Under the pieces are notes generated by a model that was not told where the DNA came from, searched no databases, and saw only the letters and a program-made list of their open reading frames with translations. A program made the translations under genes and the position numbers. A DNA stretch of 64,000 nt from Neocallimastix sp. 'constans' (Eukaryota): positions 310,001 through 374,000 of the forward strand of contig JBODTK010000133.1 of the NCBI GenBank assembly GCA_050613775.1, given 5' to 3'. Shown here piece by piece: positions 42,627-55,390 of the stretch; positions within the stretch are counted from its first letter, which is position 1; the number at the start of each line of letters is the position of its first letter.

Positions 42627-45600
42627 GAGTAAAATTTTTTAAGAAAATATTCAGAAATAATTGAATTAGTACTGACTTAGAAGCAGGTTCTAATTCAAAT
42701 ACAAGAAGTGAAGAAATTTCCGGAGTAAGTTTATCTTGTACAATAATTGGGTTGGCAAGCTCTGAACTACTTTGAAAATTTTATTTTTTTAAAGTACTCG
42801 AGGTGCGCTCAAGTACACAAGTCGTAATAGACGAGTGACTTGACAAATAAGCGCATACTATTTCTTCACCTTTTGAATTAAACCTGGAAAATTTCAGGAA
42901 ATGCTTTTATTTCTAACTTATTTTTGAACGCTTAAATTTTCTTAAATTAAATTTATTCTTATTAGATTTTTATTTTTTCTTTTTCTATTTTCTTTCTGGA
43001 ACGAATTCTAATAAAACAATTTTTTTTTTTCCTATAAATTTTTATTATTTCTTTTTTCGTTCCAATAACACATATAACAAAAACTTAATTGATTATTTTA
43101 TTTAACAATACTAATACTTTTCAAAAAATAAAAACTTTGTCAATCAAATTTTTTCCATTACTTTTAATTACAATTATATCATTTCTTTTTATATTCTTTA
43201 TAAATTACAAATAAATATGGAGGAACATAATATTTTAGAAAATGCTACCTTAAAAGATGGTTTTGCGGGTGACAGAAGATATTTGAAAGGTTTCCTAGCT
43301 AAAATTGATCTTATATTTGCTCTCTATCCAGATCAATACCTCGAAGATGAAAAGAAAGTAATTTATATAATCTCCCGATTGTATGGAAACGCAATGAATT
43401 GGGCAGCTACCTTGATCGAGAATAATGACCCATGTCTACATAACTACGAAGCCTTTGTAGGAAAATTAAAGGCTTTTTATGGGAGTAATGACGAATCCTA
43501 TGTAGCCAACCAAATGCTAAGAAGAATTAAACAAAAAAACATAGGAGGAGTCAGTGGATACATATTAGAATTTAACAAGTATGCCGATGTATCCACATGG
43601 AACGAAGAAGCAAAAATGGACGCTTTTATGGCCGGTTTAAATGATAATGTTGCCTCTCGTATTCTTGAAATGTTTCCTGGCCCAAAAACTTTATTCGCCA
43701 TGCAAACAATTGCTTCCAGAATTGATTCTCGTTTATATGTTCAAAGACAATTTTCAAACCAAAGGCATTTCAATAACGAAAATCAAAGATTTAATAAAGC
43801 TCATTCACAAAAAAGAAATAAGTCTAAATTCAGCTTTCATAAGCCTCTTTCTAAACAAGAAAAGGAAAGAAGAAAAAGGGAAAATCTCTGTGTTTATTGT
43901 GGCTCTCCAGACCACAGTTTAAAAGATTGTATAAAGAAGAATAAAAATAAAGAAAATATTTCCATGGTATCTATTCCTGCCAAGGCCTCAAATTTAAACA
44001 ATTCCTCTCAAGAACATCTTGCTACAGAATTTAAATTATCTTTCGAACTAACGCCAAAGATTCTTATAGATTCCGGTTCTAAGCTCAATCTCATTGATGT
44101 CGACTACTGCAATGACCATAATTTACCTTATCATGATGATGGTCAATTACCAAAAATCATTGGTATTGGTGGTAGTCAATCTATCTTCGGTATAACTCCA
44201 CCTCTTAATCTTCGTTATAAGGATCATCTTTGTAGAACTCAATTTTATGTTACAGATTTACCTGCTTATCCTTGTATTTTAGGTCTCGATTGGCTCAAAG
44301 AACACAACCCTCATATTGATTTTGCTACGAATACTTTATCTTTTGTTTCTAATCACTGTCTTACTTATTGTGTCTCTTTACCAAATAATGTTCCAGAATT
44401 CCCAGAAGAACCTTCTGCTTTTCCCATTATAGAAAATAATTCTCGCCGTAATACCACTAACAATAAAAGTCACAATTCTACTTCCTCTCATAACAATTTA
44501 AATTTACAAAACACTTCTCCTTGTACTTCTTTTATGGTTATAACCGATGAATCCAATTGTAAATCAAAAAGTATCCCTAACAATTCTAATTCTTTAACTT
44601 CTAATTCACTTTCTGTTTCTCATGATACTTTCAAAAATTCTATTTCAAAACTTAACTCTTCTCTTAATCCTATTTCATATTATGAATTAAAATCTAAACT
44701 TCCTAAAGTATTAATGGAATTTTTTGACTTTTTTAGTGAATCTTCTGCCAACGAACTTCCGCCTCATCGTCAATATGATTGTCAAATAAATATTATAGCT
44801 AACGGAAAGCTTTATTATGGTCCTATCTATCCATTAACAGATAAGGAAATAAAAGCTTTAGAGAAATATATCAAGGAAAACCTTAAGAAAGGATTTATTC
44901 GTAAATCCAAATCTCCTGCCGGTGCTTCAATATTCTTTGTCCTTAAAAAGAATGGTGAACTCCGATTAGTAGTTGACTACCGCCCTCTCAATGAAATCAC
45001 AATTCGAGATTCCTATCCTCTTCCACTAATTCAAGATATGCTTGAGCATTTGGGGAAAGCAAAAATCTTTTCTAAATTAGATCTTCGCTCGGCATATAAT
45101 TTCATTCGAATTAAGGAAGGCGACGAATACAAGACCGCTTTTACTTGTATTTTTGGACACTTTGAATACACCGTAATGCCATTTGGGCTAAAGAACGCTC
45201 CTGCCGTTTTCCAACATTTCATTAATGATGTTCTTGAAGATGTTATTGGAAAATTTGCATATGCCTACATCGATGACATCATTATCTTCTCTAAAGATTA
45301 CAATTCTCATGTTAAGCATGTCAAGGAAATTTTAACTCGCCTCAGGAAAGCTAAACTATATGCTAAACTCGAAAAATGCGAATTTTTCGTTCCTTACATC
45401 GATTTCCTTGGGCACCGTATCTCCTCTGAAGGCATTTATATGGACCCCAAAAAGGTCGACTCCATCTTAAATTGGCCCGTTCCTACTTGTGTAAAAGACG
45501 TTCAATCTTTTCTCGGTCTAGCAAATTTTTACAGACGTTTTATTCCAGGTTTTGCTAAACTTGCTCATCCTCTCCATCATCTTTTAAGAAAGAATGTTAA

Positions 45601-48600
45601 GTTTTCATGGTCTCCTGATGCCCAAGCTGCTTTTGACTCTCTTAAATTAAAGTTTACCTCATCACCAGTTCTTATTTATCCTAATAGAGAACTTCCTTTC
45701 ATAGTTGAAACTGATTCTAGTAACTTTGCTATTGGTGCTGTCCTATCACAGAAATCTCCAAACGACAATCATTTACACCCAGTTGCTTTCTTTTCTAGAT
45801 CACTTACAGGTGCAGAACGCAACTACCCAATTTACGACAAAGAACTTTTGGCTATTGTTTCCGCTTTAGAAAATTGGCGCCATCTTCTTAAAGGTTCTGA
45901 CATTCCTTTCATTATTTTCTCCGATCATCGTAACCTTTTATTTCAAAAGAAACCTGAAAAAATGACTCAAAGACTTGTTCGATGGTCTTTATTTCTTTCA
46001 GAATTCAATTTTAAAATCCTGTATCGTTCCGGTTCCTCTAATGGTAAACCTGATGCTCTTTCCCGCCGTCCTGATTATGTTAACTCTGCTAATGATTCAG
46101 ATATTCCCTTTACCGTCCTTCGTCCAGAAAATTTTTGTGCTCTTGTTTGTTCAATCTCGTCTCTTAACAATGAAATTCTAACTGGTTATAAATCTGACTC
46201 CTTTTATCAAGACGTATGTACTTATCTTGATAATAAAAAACCACCTATCCCCCATAGCCAAATTGATAAATTTTCTCTTAACAATGGCTTTCTTCTTTTC
46301 AATAGCCGTATTTATGTTCCATCAAGCTGCCGTACACAAATTATGAAAATATGCCATGATTCTCCTACTGCAGGTCATTATGGTATTAAAAAAACTATTT
46401 CTCTTACTTTTCGTGATTTTTGGTGGCCTTCTTTATCCTCTGATATCAAGAAGTATGTTCGATCCTGCGATGTCTGTTGTCGCTCTAAAACTTCGCGCCA
46501 TAAACCTTATGGTTTTCTGAACCCTCTTGAAATTAGTGAACGTCCTTGGTCTTCCATTTCAATGGACTTTATTACCGATTTACCCGACTCCGATGGCTTT
46601 ACATGCATTCTCGTTATCGTGGATAGATTAACTAAAATGTTCCATCTTATCCCTTTTCATGGTCTCCCTTCCGCTATTGACACTGCTTCTGCCTTCATTG
46701 ACCATATATTTAGACTTCATGGCCTTCCTGAAGAAATTATTTCCGACAGAGGTTCCCAGTTTACTTCAAAATTTTGGAAAGCTGTTTGCCAATCTCTTAA
46801 CATTGATCTCAAACTTTCATCTCCATATCATCATCAATCCAATGGCCAGACGGAGAGAGTGAACTCCGTTGTAGAACAATATCTAAGATGTTTTTCAAAT
46901 TATAAGGGTTCTGATTGGAAAAACTACCTAAGCTTTGCCGAATTTAGCTATAACAACGCTGTTCAAGAATCTACGGGTTTTTCTCCTTTCTTCCTTAATT
47001 ATGGTTTTCACCCAAAACATTCACCTTTAATTCCTGAGCAAATTAATGTACCTCGTGCTGTAGAATTTACCAAAGATTTTCAAGATTTAATAAAGAAATT
47101 AAAAGAAAACTTGAAAATGGCCATTGAAACCCAGAAGAAACAGGCCGACAAGTATAGATGTAAACCTCCTAAATTTAAAAAGGGTGATAAAGTTTGGCTT
47201 GATAGTTCCTTAATCATTCATAAGGGAAATAAAAAGTTCAAACCAAGAAAACTAGGTCCATATAAAATATTGGAAAAAGTAACTGAAGTCTCTTATAAAT
47301 TAGATTTACCTAAATCTCTAAGAATTCACCCAATCGTACATGTATCAAGCTTGGAGCCTTATTGCGAAGACAACTTTAACAGAATAACACCAGCTCCACC
47401 TCCTATTATAATCAATGATGAAGTAGAATACGAGGTAGGAGAAATTTTAGACAAAAGAAAACATTATGGTAAAATACAATACTTAATTAAGTGGAAAGGT
47501 TACCCTCTTTCTGAAGCATCTTGGGAACCAAAAGAAAATTTAAATTGTGATGAAATTTTAAGAAATTTTAACAAAAAATTTATCAATAAATAATAACTAA
47601 ATAATACTTATTTTTACTCTCATTTTATTGTTATAATATTTCTATCAATATCAATATAAATATCAAAATTTTATTATAAAAATAAAAATGTATGATTTTA
47701 ATGTATTTAGAATTTTCTAGTTTTATATAGTTAAATTTTATTTTTTTTTTGATTCGTCTGGTATCCGAATCCTGAAGGAGGACCATGTAACGAATCATAA
47801 AAATTAGCATAATGTCTTAGTTGTTAGTAACTAAGACTTTAGTTCGAACTTCTCAAGTTCGAAACCTTTATTTTTCCAAAAAATATATTTTATTATTATT
47901 TTTATTTTATTTTTTATTTTTATTAAGAAAAATAGCTTGATTGGTTATTTTTAATTCATTAAAATTTCTTTATTTTATTTATCAAAATTTTTATATAAAT
48001 AGGAGTAGATTTTCCTCTAAAAATATTTTATACTTTGAGTTTTTATTAATAAAATAAAATTATTATTAAACACTAACTTATTAAGTTAATTAATGTGTTT
48101 TTGATAATAAATTTATAATTAATAAAATAAATATAAATAAAAATATTTTACTTATTTTATTTTAAAGGTTTTAAGTGTTTATTTTTAAATTTATTGTCAA
48201 GAACCATTTCGTGACACTTACATTGATTACAAAAATAATAAAATTTACTTCTTGGAAAGCTACTGTAAAAACCATTGCCCTTCTGCTAAGCGTAATAGGT
48301 TTGTTTTCCGTTCACAGAATATTACTGCTTCTCTCTTACCCAATAATGAACAGAAGGAAGAAATTCCTCTTGACTCAATAATTCCAGATTCCATACCTGA
48401 AGACGAACTTAGCGATATGAACATTTGCGCTGCTTTAGTTCACAATAGTGAAATTAAGAATACCAAAAGAAATAAAAAAATAATTAAAAAATATTATTAT
48501 GACCTTTGTATTGTATTTGAAAAGAAAGAAGCTGATAAACTCCCTTCACACCGTGTTCATGATATATCCATTGATTTAGTTCCCGGTGCTCAACTTTATT

Positions 48601-51167
48601 TTGGACCAATTTATTCGTTGACTGTTGAAGAAAAGAAGGCACTTCGTGAATACATTAAGGAAAACCTTGCTAAAGGATTCATTAGAAAATCAAAATCTCC
48701 TGCTGGTGCCCCGGTGCTATTTGTTAGAAAACGTGACGGTTCTCTTAGACTTTGTGTTGACTATAGAAAGCTCAATTCTATCACCATTAGAAACAGTTAT
48801 CCAATTCCTAGGATATCTGATTTGAGAGAATCATTTAAAGGTGCTATTATTTTCTCTCGGCTTGACTTAAGATCTGCCTATAACTTAGTTCGTGTCAAGA
48901 AAGGCCATGAATACCTTACTGCTTTTCGTACTCCTTTTGGTCATTTTGAATACCGTGTAATGCCTTTTGGTTTACGTAATGCACCTTCGGTTTTTCAACG
49001 CTTCATCCAAGACATTTTTTCTGATGATATTGGCTTGTTTCTCTTTGTCTACTTAGATGATATTATAATATATTCGAAAAACCTTACTGAACATATTAAA
49101 CATGTTCATCATGTCCTTTCCTTGCTAGTCAAAAATGGTCTCTATGTAAAACTAGAAAAATGTGAATTTCACGTTCCTGAAACTACTTTTTTAGGATTTG
49201 TTGTATCAATAAATGGCCTTTCTATGGATAAAAACAAAGTAAAATCAATTCTTGAATGGCCTACTCCAAAAAACATGAATGAACTTCAAAGTTTCCTCGG
49301 ACTCTGTAACTACTATAGGAAATTCATAAAGAATTTCGCCATAATTATGGAAACCTTAAGAATACTCCTCAAGAAGAATAACGAGTTCAAATGGAATGAT
49401 GATGCTGAGAATGCCTTCAAAAAATTAAAACTTGCTTTTACCACAGACGAAATCCTTATCTACCCCGACCCAGATAAGGAATTCACTGTTGAAACTGATG
49501 CCAGTGATTTTGTTGTGGGTTGCATTCTTTCTCAAATCAGTGACAAGGATAACGAACTTCACCCTGTCGCTTTTCATTCTAGGTCTTTGTCATCTTCTGA
49601 ATTAAATTATACAATATATGACAAGGAACTACTCGCTATTATCACCGCTTTTGAAACCTGGCGTCACCACCTTGAAGGGGCTAAGTTTCCTGTTCAAATC
49701 ATTACCGATCACAGGAATTTATTATATTTTAAAAAGCCTCAACATTTAAACCAACGCCAGATAAGATGGAGCCTCTTTCTTTCTAAGTTTGACTTTAGGA
49801 TTTCGTTCAGACCTGGATCAAGGTGTGGTAAACCAGATTCGTTGTCGAGACGTCCGGATTATAAATCCGTGGTTTCCCTCCACAACAAAGACCGTCCTTT
49901 ATTGGATGATAATGCCTTATGTTGTGCAAACACTGATAATATTAGTAGTTTGATTGATGCCCAAACGGCTGACACATATTGTAAATCTATTTTAGAAAAG
50001 ATTAAAACTAAGTCAAACACAGTCAAAAGTTCTTTATTTTCTTTAAATGAAGGGGTCTTACATTTCCAAAACAGAATCATCGTCCCATCCACTTTAAGAG
50101 CAAGAATTTTGAAATCTTTTCATGACTCACCCACCAACGGACACCAAGGTATTGACAAAACTCTTGAAAAAATCAAGAGATACTACTGGTGGCCTAATAT
50201 GAAGAAAGATATTCATAATTATGTACTTTCTTGTTCAACTTGTGCTAGGTGTAAAATTCGTAGACATAAACCCTACGGAAAAATTCAACCGTTGCCTGTT
50301 CCCAATAAACCATGGGAAATTATTGGGGTTGATTTTATAGTTTCGTTACCTAGTTCACAAAATTGCACATGTATTATGGTGGTTTCGGATCACTTAACAA
50401 AGATGATCCATTTAGTACCTTGCTCCGACGTCCCTTCCGCTGACCTGACCGCCAAGATGCTCCTTTACAACGTTTTTCGGTATCATGGATTCCCTAAAAT
50501 CATTGTCTCTGATCATATCTCTCAGTTCTCTTCTGAATTTTGGACCTCACTCTGCTCAGCTCTAAATACTAAGCCAAGACTCGCTACTGCTCATCACCAA
50601 CAAACAAATGGTCAAGTCGAAAGGGCTAATTCCGTAATCGAACAATATTTACGATGCTACTGTTCTACTGCCCAAAATGAATGGTGCTTTTATCTACCTC
50701 TTTGTGAAATGGCTTATAACAACTCATTTCACAAATCTATAAACATGTCGCCTTTCTGTGCAAATTATGGCTTTAATCCAGTATGCAATATTGATTCTCC
50801 TCCTGTTCTTTTAAATGATAATGCCTCTGTACTTACTAGGGATTGGTCTGCCCATTTTGATGCCCTTAAAAAGCACCTTATCAAAGCTAAAGAAGATTTC
50901 AAAAAGTTTGGTGACTCTAGGAAAGCTTCTGGTCCTACTTTCCATGTTAACGACATGGTTTGGTTGAAAAGGTATTACTTCTCCAATGAACCTGCAAAAA
51001 AGCTTTCTAACCAGTATCTTGGACCCTTTAAGGTCATAGAAGTGAGGGAAAGAATGAACTACCGGCTTGAATTACCAGAAAATCTTCATTTACACCCGGT
51101 ATTTCATATCTCGCAGTTGGAGCCTTATACTGAAAGAGACATAGGATTAAAGGAACCATCACCATAA
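40832..51167 (+). CDS. Element B single-ORF gag-pol, split by insertion of element C: join(40832..41926,48222..51167), 1346 aa
   Basis: Protease LIDSGS. LGRDWLSFHSPY|IDYKNNKIYF rejoins in frame once the insertion and one TSD are removed. RT YLDD, RNase H ETDASD, integrase GHQG/CSTC and GPF motif. No chromodomain. Confidence 0.92.
41927..42357 (+). repeat. 5' LTR of element C
   Basis: TGTAACG...CGTGACA. One visible mismatch to the 3' LTR (41989 G versus 47848 A). Confidence 0.97.
42357..42367 (+). promoter_or_regulatory. Putative self-priming primer-binding site of element C
   Basis: AATAAAAACTC is the reverse complement of GAGTTTTTATT at 42178-42188. No TGG tRNA-type PBS. Confidence 0.7.
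43217..47593 (+). CDS. Gag-Pol polyprotein of element C (gag, CCHC, PR, RT, RH, IN, chromodomain), 1458 aa
   Basis: CVYCGSPDHSLKDC, LIDSGS, YIDD, ETDSS, GHYG/CDVC, GPY, and EYEVGEILD...YLIKWKGY...SWEP. Confidence 0.97.
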   Translation: MEEHNILENATLKDGFAGDRRYLKGFLAKIDLIFALYPDQYLEDEKKVIYIISRLYGNAMNWAATLIENNDPCLHNYEAFVGKLKAFYGSNDESYVANQMLRRIKQKNIGGVSGYILEFNKYADVSTWNEEAKMDAFMAGLNDNVASRILEMFPGPKTLFAMQTIASRIDSRLYVQRQFSNQRHFNNENQRFNKAHSQKRNKSKFSFHKPLSKQEKERRKRENLCVYCGSPDHSLKDCIKKNKNKENISMVSIPAKASNLNNSSQEHLATEFKLSFELTPKILIDSGSKLNLIDVDYCNDHNLPYHDDGQLPKIIGIGGSQSIFGITPPLNLRYKDHLCRTQFYVTDLPAYPCILGLDWLKEHNPHIDFATNTLSFVSNHCLTYCVSLPNNVPEFPEEPSAFPIIENNSRRNTTNNKSHNSTSSHNNLNLQNTSPCTSFMVITDESNCKSKSIPNNSNSLTSNSLSVSHDTFKNSISKLNSSLNPISYYELKSKLPKVLMEFFDFFSESSANELPPHRQYDCQINIIANGKLYYGPIYPLTDKEIKALEKYIKENLKKGFIRKSKSPAGASIFFVLKKNGELRLVVDYRPLNEITIRDSYPLPLIQDMLEHLGKAKIFSKLDLRSAYNFIRIKEGDEYKTAFTCIFGHFEYTVMPFGLKNAPAVFQHFINDVLEDVIGKFAYAYIDDIIIFSKDYNSHVKHVKEILTRLRKAKLYAKLEKCEFFVPYIDFLGHRISSEGIYMDPKKVDSILNWPVPTCVKDVQSFLGLANFYRRFIPGFAKLAHPLHHLLRKNVKFSWSPDAQAAFDSLKLKFTSSPVLIYPNRELPFIVETDSSNFAIGAVLSQKSPNDNHLHPVAFFSRSLTGAERNYPIYDKELLAIVSALENWRHLLKGSDIPFIIFSDHRNLLFQKKPEKMTQRLVRWSLFLSEFNFKILYRSGSSNGKPDALSRRPDYVNSANDSDIPFTVLRPENFCALVCSISSLNNEILTGYKSDSFYQDVCTYLDNKKPPIPHSQIDKFSLNNGFLLFNSRIYVPSSCRTQIMKICHDSPTAGHYGIKKTISLTFRDFWWPSLSSDIKKYVRSCDVCCRSKTSRHKPYGFLNPLEISERPWSSISMDFITDLPDSDGFTCILVIVDRLTKMFHLIPFHGLPSAIDTASAFIDHIFRLHGLPEEIISDRGSQFTSKFWKAVCQSLNIDLKLSSPYHHQSNGQTERVNSVVEQYLRCFSNYKGSDWKNYLSFAEFSYNNAVQESTGFSPFFLNYGFHPKHSPLIPEQINVPRAVEFTKDFQDLIKKLKENLKMAIETQKKQADKYRCKPPKFKKGDKVWLDSSLIIHKGNKKFKPRKLGPYKILEKVTEVSYKLDLPKSLRIHPIVHVSSLEPYCEDNFNRITPAPPPIIINDEVEYEVGEILDKRKHYGKIQYLIKWKGYPLSEASWEPKENLNCDEILRNFNKKFINK
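47786..48216 (+). repeat. 3' LTR of element C
   Basis: Direct repeat of 41927-42357, preceded by the PPT. Confidence 0.97.
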
Positions 51168-51176
51168 AGGGAGCAA

Positions 51177-52894
51177 TGTAAGAATCTATAATTATTTTTA
51201 ACAAAATAATTATATTTTCTTAGTTAGGTTATAATTAATATAACTTTTACTTAACTCATATTTCATTTATACACCTAATTATAATTAATAATTTATTTAA
51301 TTATATATTAAAATTTTATTTAGTTTAATATTAAAAATTTATTTAATTAAATAATTTTTATACATTTAAAATAATATTAAATTTATTTAATTATTCACTT
51401 AATTATTAAATTTATTAGTTTTAGTTTTCTCTCACTTATTAAATCATAAACTAAAACACTATTCTGTATTCTATCATGTATTTCGTATTGTATTAATCAT
51501 GTATTTTATTATTAATGTATTGTTTTATATTTTTTATGTAAAGTTCTATAAAATAGAACTAAATAGATTAAATTTTAAATTTTATGATCGAAATAATTTT
51601 CATTATTTTATTCTTTTATTTTCGATCATTATATTAGATTAAGTAATCGGTTAATTAAGGTTTTTCCAATTACTTCTTAAAAGTAATCGGTTTTACTTAA
51701 TTAACGCGATGATCGATATGGATAGAATATCGATCAAAAAACTTATCTAGGTTTTTCTTCTAGTCTTTTCCTAGATAAGAGATTTGTTAAGATTAGAACC
51801 CCTTTTGATTTTAACCTTATTTTGACAAAAAAGTATAAATAAGGCTCTTGAGTTCTCTTTGAGAAATCAAGAGTTATTATTATAACAATTATAATATAAT
51901 AATAATAACAATAGTTTTAACATTTAAAATTTCTAATAAATAATAAAACAAATTATTTTAATAAAACAGATTTTATAATTAAAACTTTTCCTTATCAATT
52001 TTAGTGTTTCGTCTATTATAATTCGTTATAATAAACTCGATAATTAGAAAGAACCATAGGTAAGTATGATTCTTTTCTAAACCTTTAATATTAGCAGTTA
52101 GAGCTAATATTGTTAAAATTAAGATATTAAATAGTTTTATGATTAATAACGTTACTAGGTTAATATGTTGATTATATATTAATAATCCAACAATAATTAA
52201 TTAATAATAATATAAAAATAATATAAGATAAATAGTTAAGTTATTTAAACACTTAATATCTAAGAATATTTTAAATAATAATTTCTTTGAAGGATTTATG
52301 AAAATATTTATTTATTGAATTATTAGTATATAATTATTGTAAATACAATAACCTTACAAAGAACATAAAAGATAGATTTTTACATCTTTCTTTTATACTT
52401 TGTAAGTTACATAATAATAGTATTTAATTATAAAATATTAATAATATTGTAATATGAATATTAATAAAATATTAAGATAATAACAATATCGATATGTTTA
52501 AAATATTTAATATAACTAAATAAATTTAATTTATAATTATATAATTAATTTGAATAATTAAAAATAGTAGTTAATATATATGATGTAAACATATATATAA
52601 ACATAATATAAATAAATACATGTGACGTCATATGTAGATAATTGAAATTATTAATATAAATCTTATTTACTAATATTCTCAGAATTATTAGGCCTAAGAT
52701 AATTCTTTAAATATTAAATAAGAATTTATATTAATTATTAATTATTTAAATATATATATTATTTATAATTAAATAAATAATATTTTTTAACTATTGAAAT
52801 GTAAATAACTGAAATTGAGATTTCAATTCAGTTATAATTTCAATAAATATTAATAATTAATAATTTAATTATAATTTTTAATTAAGTTATTACA
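51177..52894 (+). repeat. 3' LTR of element B (about 978 bp), interrupted by a solo LTR
   Basis: Follows purine tract AAAGGGAGCAA. TGTAA...TTACA termini. Pieces are 51177-52110 and 52851-52894, with the end confirmed by the inverted copy at 54219. Confidence 0.88.
52111..52845 (-). mobile_element. Solo LTR of family D (735 bp)
   Basis: Reverse complement of the 55154-56597 LTR minus its insert. TSD AATAT at 52106-52110 and 52846-52850. Confidence 0.9.
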
Positions 52895-54218
52895 AAAAAA
52901 TGGTATGGTTCATATAATTTTAGGAATATAATAATAATTAACACAAATAATAAAATTACAATAAAAAAAAATAATTTGTTTTAAAATCAATATTTATTTA
53001 TTTAAATTTATAAAAGAAAAATAATAATATAATTATTTATTTAATAAAAAGAAAGTTATTGATTATATTTTATTTCACTAAAAATTACATGTATTTATAT
53101 TTTTTTATCAAATTAAAATTTGTAAAGCCTAACTATTTTTTTAATAAACTAATTACTATTTATTTTTATAAATAAAACATTTAAATTGAAATTGAATTAT
53201 TATTTTAGTTAATAATATTATTGTTATAAATAGTAGTTATATATTATTGAATTATTAATTATTTAATAATAGTTTAATACTAATATATATAAAATAAAAA
53301 TAAAGAGATTATACAGAATATTTTATTGTGGTTTAGTTAAATTTAGTAATTAAAAATAAATTTATATTGATAACGAAAATTTTAATAACTAATTAAATAG
53401 ATTTGATTATTTTCAATATAACATAATACAAAAGAAATATAATATTAATATATTAAGTGGGCAAGGACAATATTCTTGGCTAAAGATTTTTAATACATTA
53501 TATGGAATCGGATCGATAATTCAAAAAGGAATTATAAGTTAATTGGTGATTTATTAACTTAAGATTTCTATTTAGTAATATTTGAAGAATATTGGAAAGT
53601 TCCAATTATATAGAATAGAATAATCTATAAGGTTAGAATAATTAATATTATTCTAGCACAATTAGTATTATTTGTTCATTCTGTATTAAAAATGTTGAGA
53701 TTCATATTAGAAAAGGAGTGTGAACATTAAATAAAGAGATAACTTAACTTACTACTAAATTACACTAAAAGAATTTATTATTACACATTATAAATTTTAT
53801 TTAAAGAACTATTATTAAAAATATTTATTATTTATAAACTATATAATTATTTTATTGTTAAAAATAACTTTATTAATATTAATATTTATTTTAATAACAA
53901 TATGGGAAACCTTTCAATTATTATTACTATTATCACTACTATTTTTACTATTTCTTTCCTCAGAAAGGCCCCCTTCATAAAATAATATGGATAATACATA
54001 TTTTATATTATTTAATTACATTATTAAAATCCAATCATTTAATTAATAAATTACATAAATTTAATATTTAAAATTTAAAATATAATTAATATAAAAAAAA
54101 TTATTATATAGAATATAAGAAAATTATTAATAGTAAAGAATATAATAATATATTTTTATATAATAAATTATTAAAAATTTAATTAAAAATATCATTATTA
54201 TTCTATTCTTTATCAAAA

Positions 54219-55153
54219 TGTAATAATTTAATTAAAAAATTATAATTAAATTATTAATCATTAATATTAGCTCTAACTGCTAATATTAAAGGTTTAGAAA
54301 AGAATCATACTTACCTATGGTTCTTTCTAATTATCGAGTTTATTATAACGAATTATAATAGACGAAACACTAAAATTAATAAAGAAAAGTTTTAATTATA
54401 AAATTTGTTTTATAAAAATAATTTGTTTTATTATTTATTAGAAATTTTAAATGTTAAAACTATTGTTATTATTATTATATTATAATTGTTATAATAATAA
54501 CTCTTGATTTCTCAAAGAGAACTCAAGAGCCTTATTTATACTTTTTTGTCAAAATAAGGTTAAAATCAAAAGGGGTTCTAATCTTAACAAATCTCTTATC
54601 TAGGAAAAGACTAGAAGAAAAACCTAGATAAGTTTTTTGATCGATATTCTATCCATATCGATCATCGCGTTAATTAAGTAAAACCGATTACTTTTAAGAA
54701 GTAATTGGAAAAACCTTAATTAACCGATTACTTAATCTAATATAATGATCGAAAATAAAAGAATAAAATAATGAAAATTATTTCGATCATAAAATTTAAA
54801 ATTTAATCTATTTAGTTCTATTTTATAGAACTTTACATAAAAAATATAAAACAATACATTAATAATAAAATACATGATTAATACAATACGAAATACATGA
54901 TAGAATACAGAATAGTGTTTTAGTTTATGATTTAATAAGTGAGAGAAAACTAAAACTAATAAATTTAATAATTAAGTGAATAATTAAATAAATTTAATAT
55001 TATTTTAAATGTATAAAAATTATTTAATTAAATAAATTTTTAATATTAAACTAAATAAAATTTTAATATATAATTAAATAAATTATTAATTATAATTAGG
55101 TGTATAAATGAAATATGAGTTAAGTAAAAGTTATATTAATTATAACCTAACTA
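54219..55153 (-). mobile_element. Second family B LTR, inverted, cut by element D
   Basis: Near-identical reverse complement of the 51221-52110 and 52851-52894 pieces. Confidence 0.9.
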
Positions 55154-55390
55154 TGTTGAAATTATAACTGAATTGAAATCTCAATTTCAGTTATTTACAT
55201 TTCAATAGTTAAAAAATATTATTTATTTAATTATAAATAATATATATATTTAAATAATTAATAATTAATATAAATTCTTATTTAATATTTAAAGAATTAT
55301 CTTAGGCCTAATAATTCTGAGAATATTAGTAAATAAGATTTATATTAATAATTTCAATTATCTACATATGACGTCACATGTATTTATTTA

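Larger units (their letters stand above)
41927..48216 (+). mobile_element. Element C: full-length, intact chromoviral Ty3/Gypsy LTR retrotransposon
   Basis: 431-bp TG...CA LTRs at 41927-42357 and 47786-48216. 5-bp TSD CTTAC at 41922-41926 and 48217-48221. PPT GAAGGAGGACCA at 47774-47785. Uninterrupted ORF. Confidence 0.97.

Noticed and set aside
38118..52894. 38118 LTR as the cognate 5' LTR of element B
   Set aside because: Visibly diverged from the 3' LTR despite a clean ORF, and the flanks (ATCTT versus AAAAA) give no TSD.
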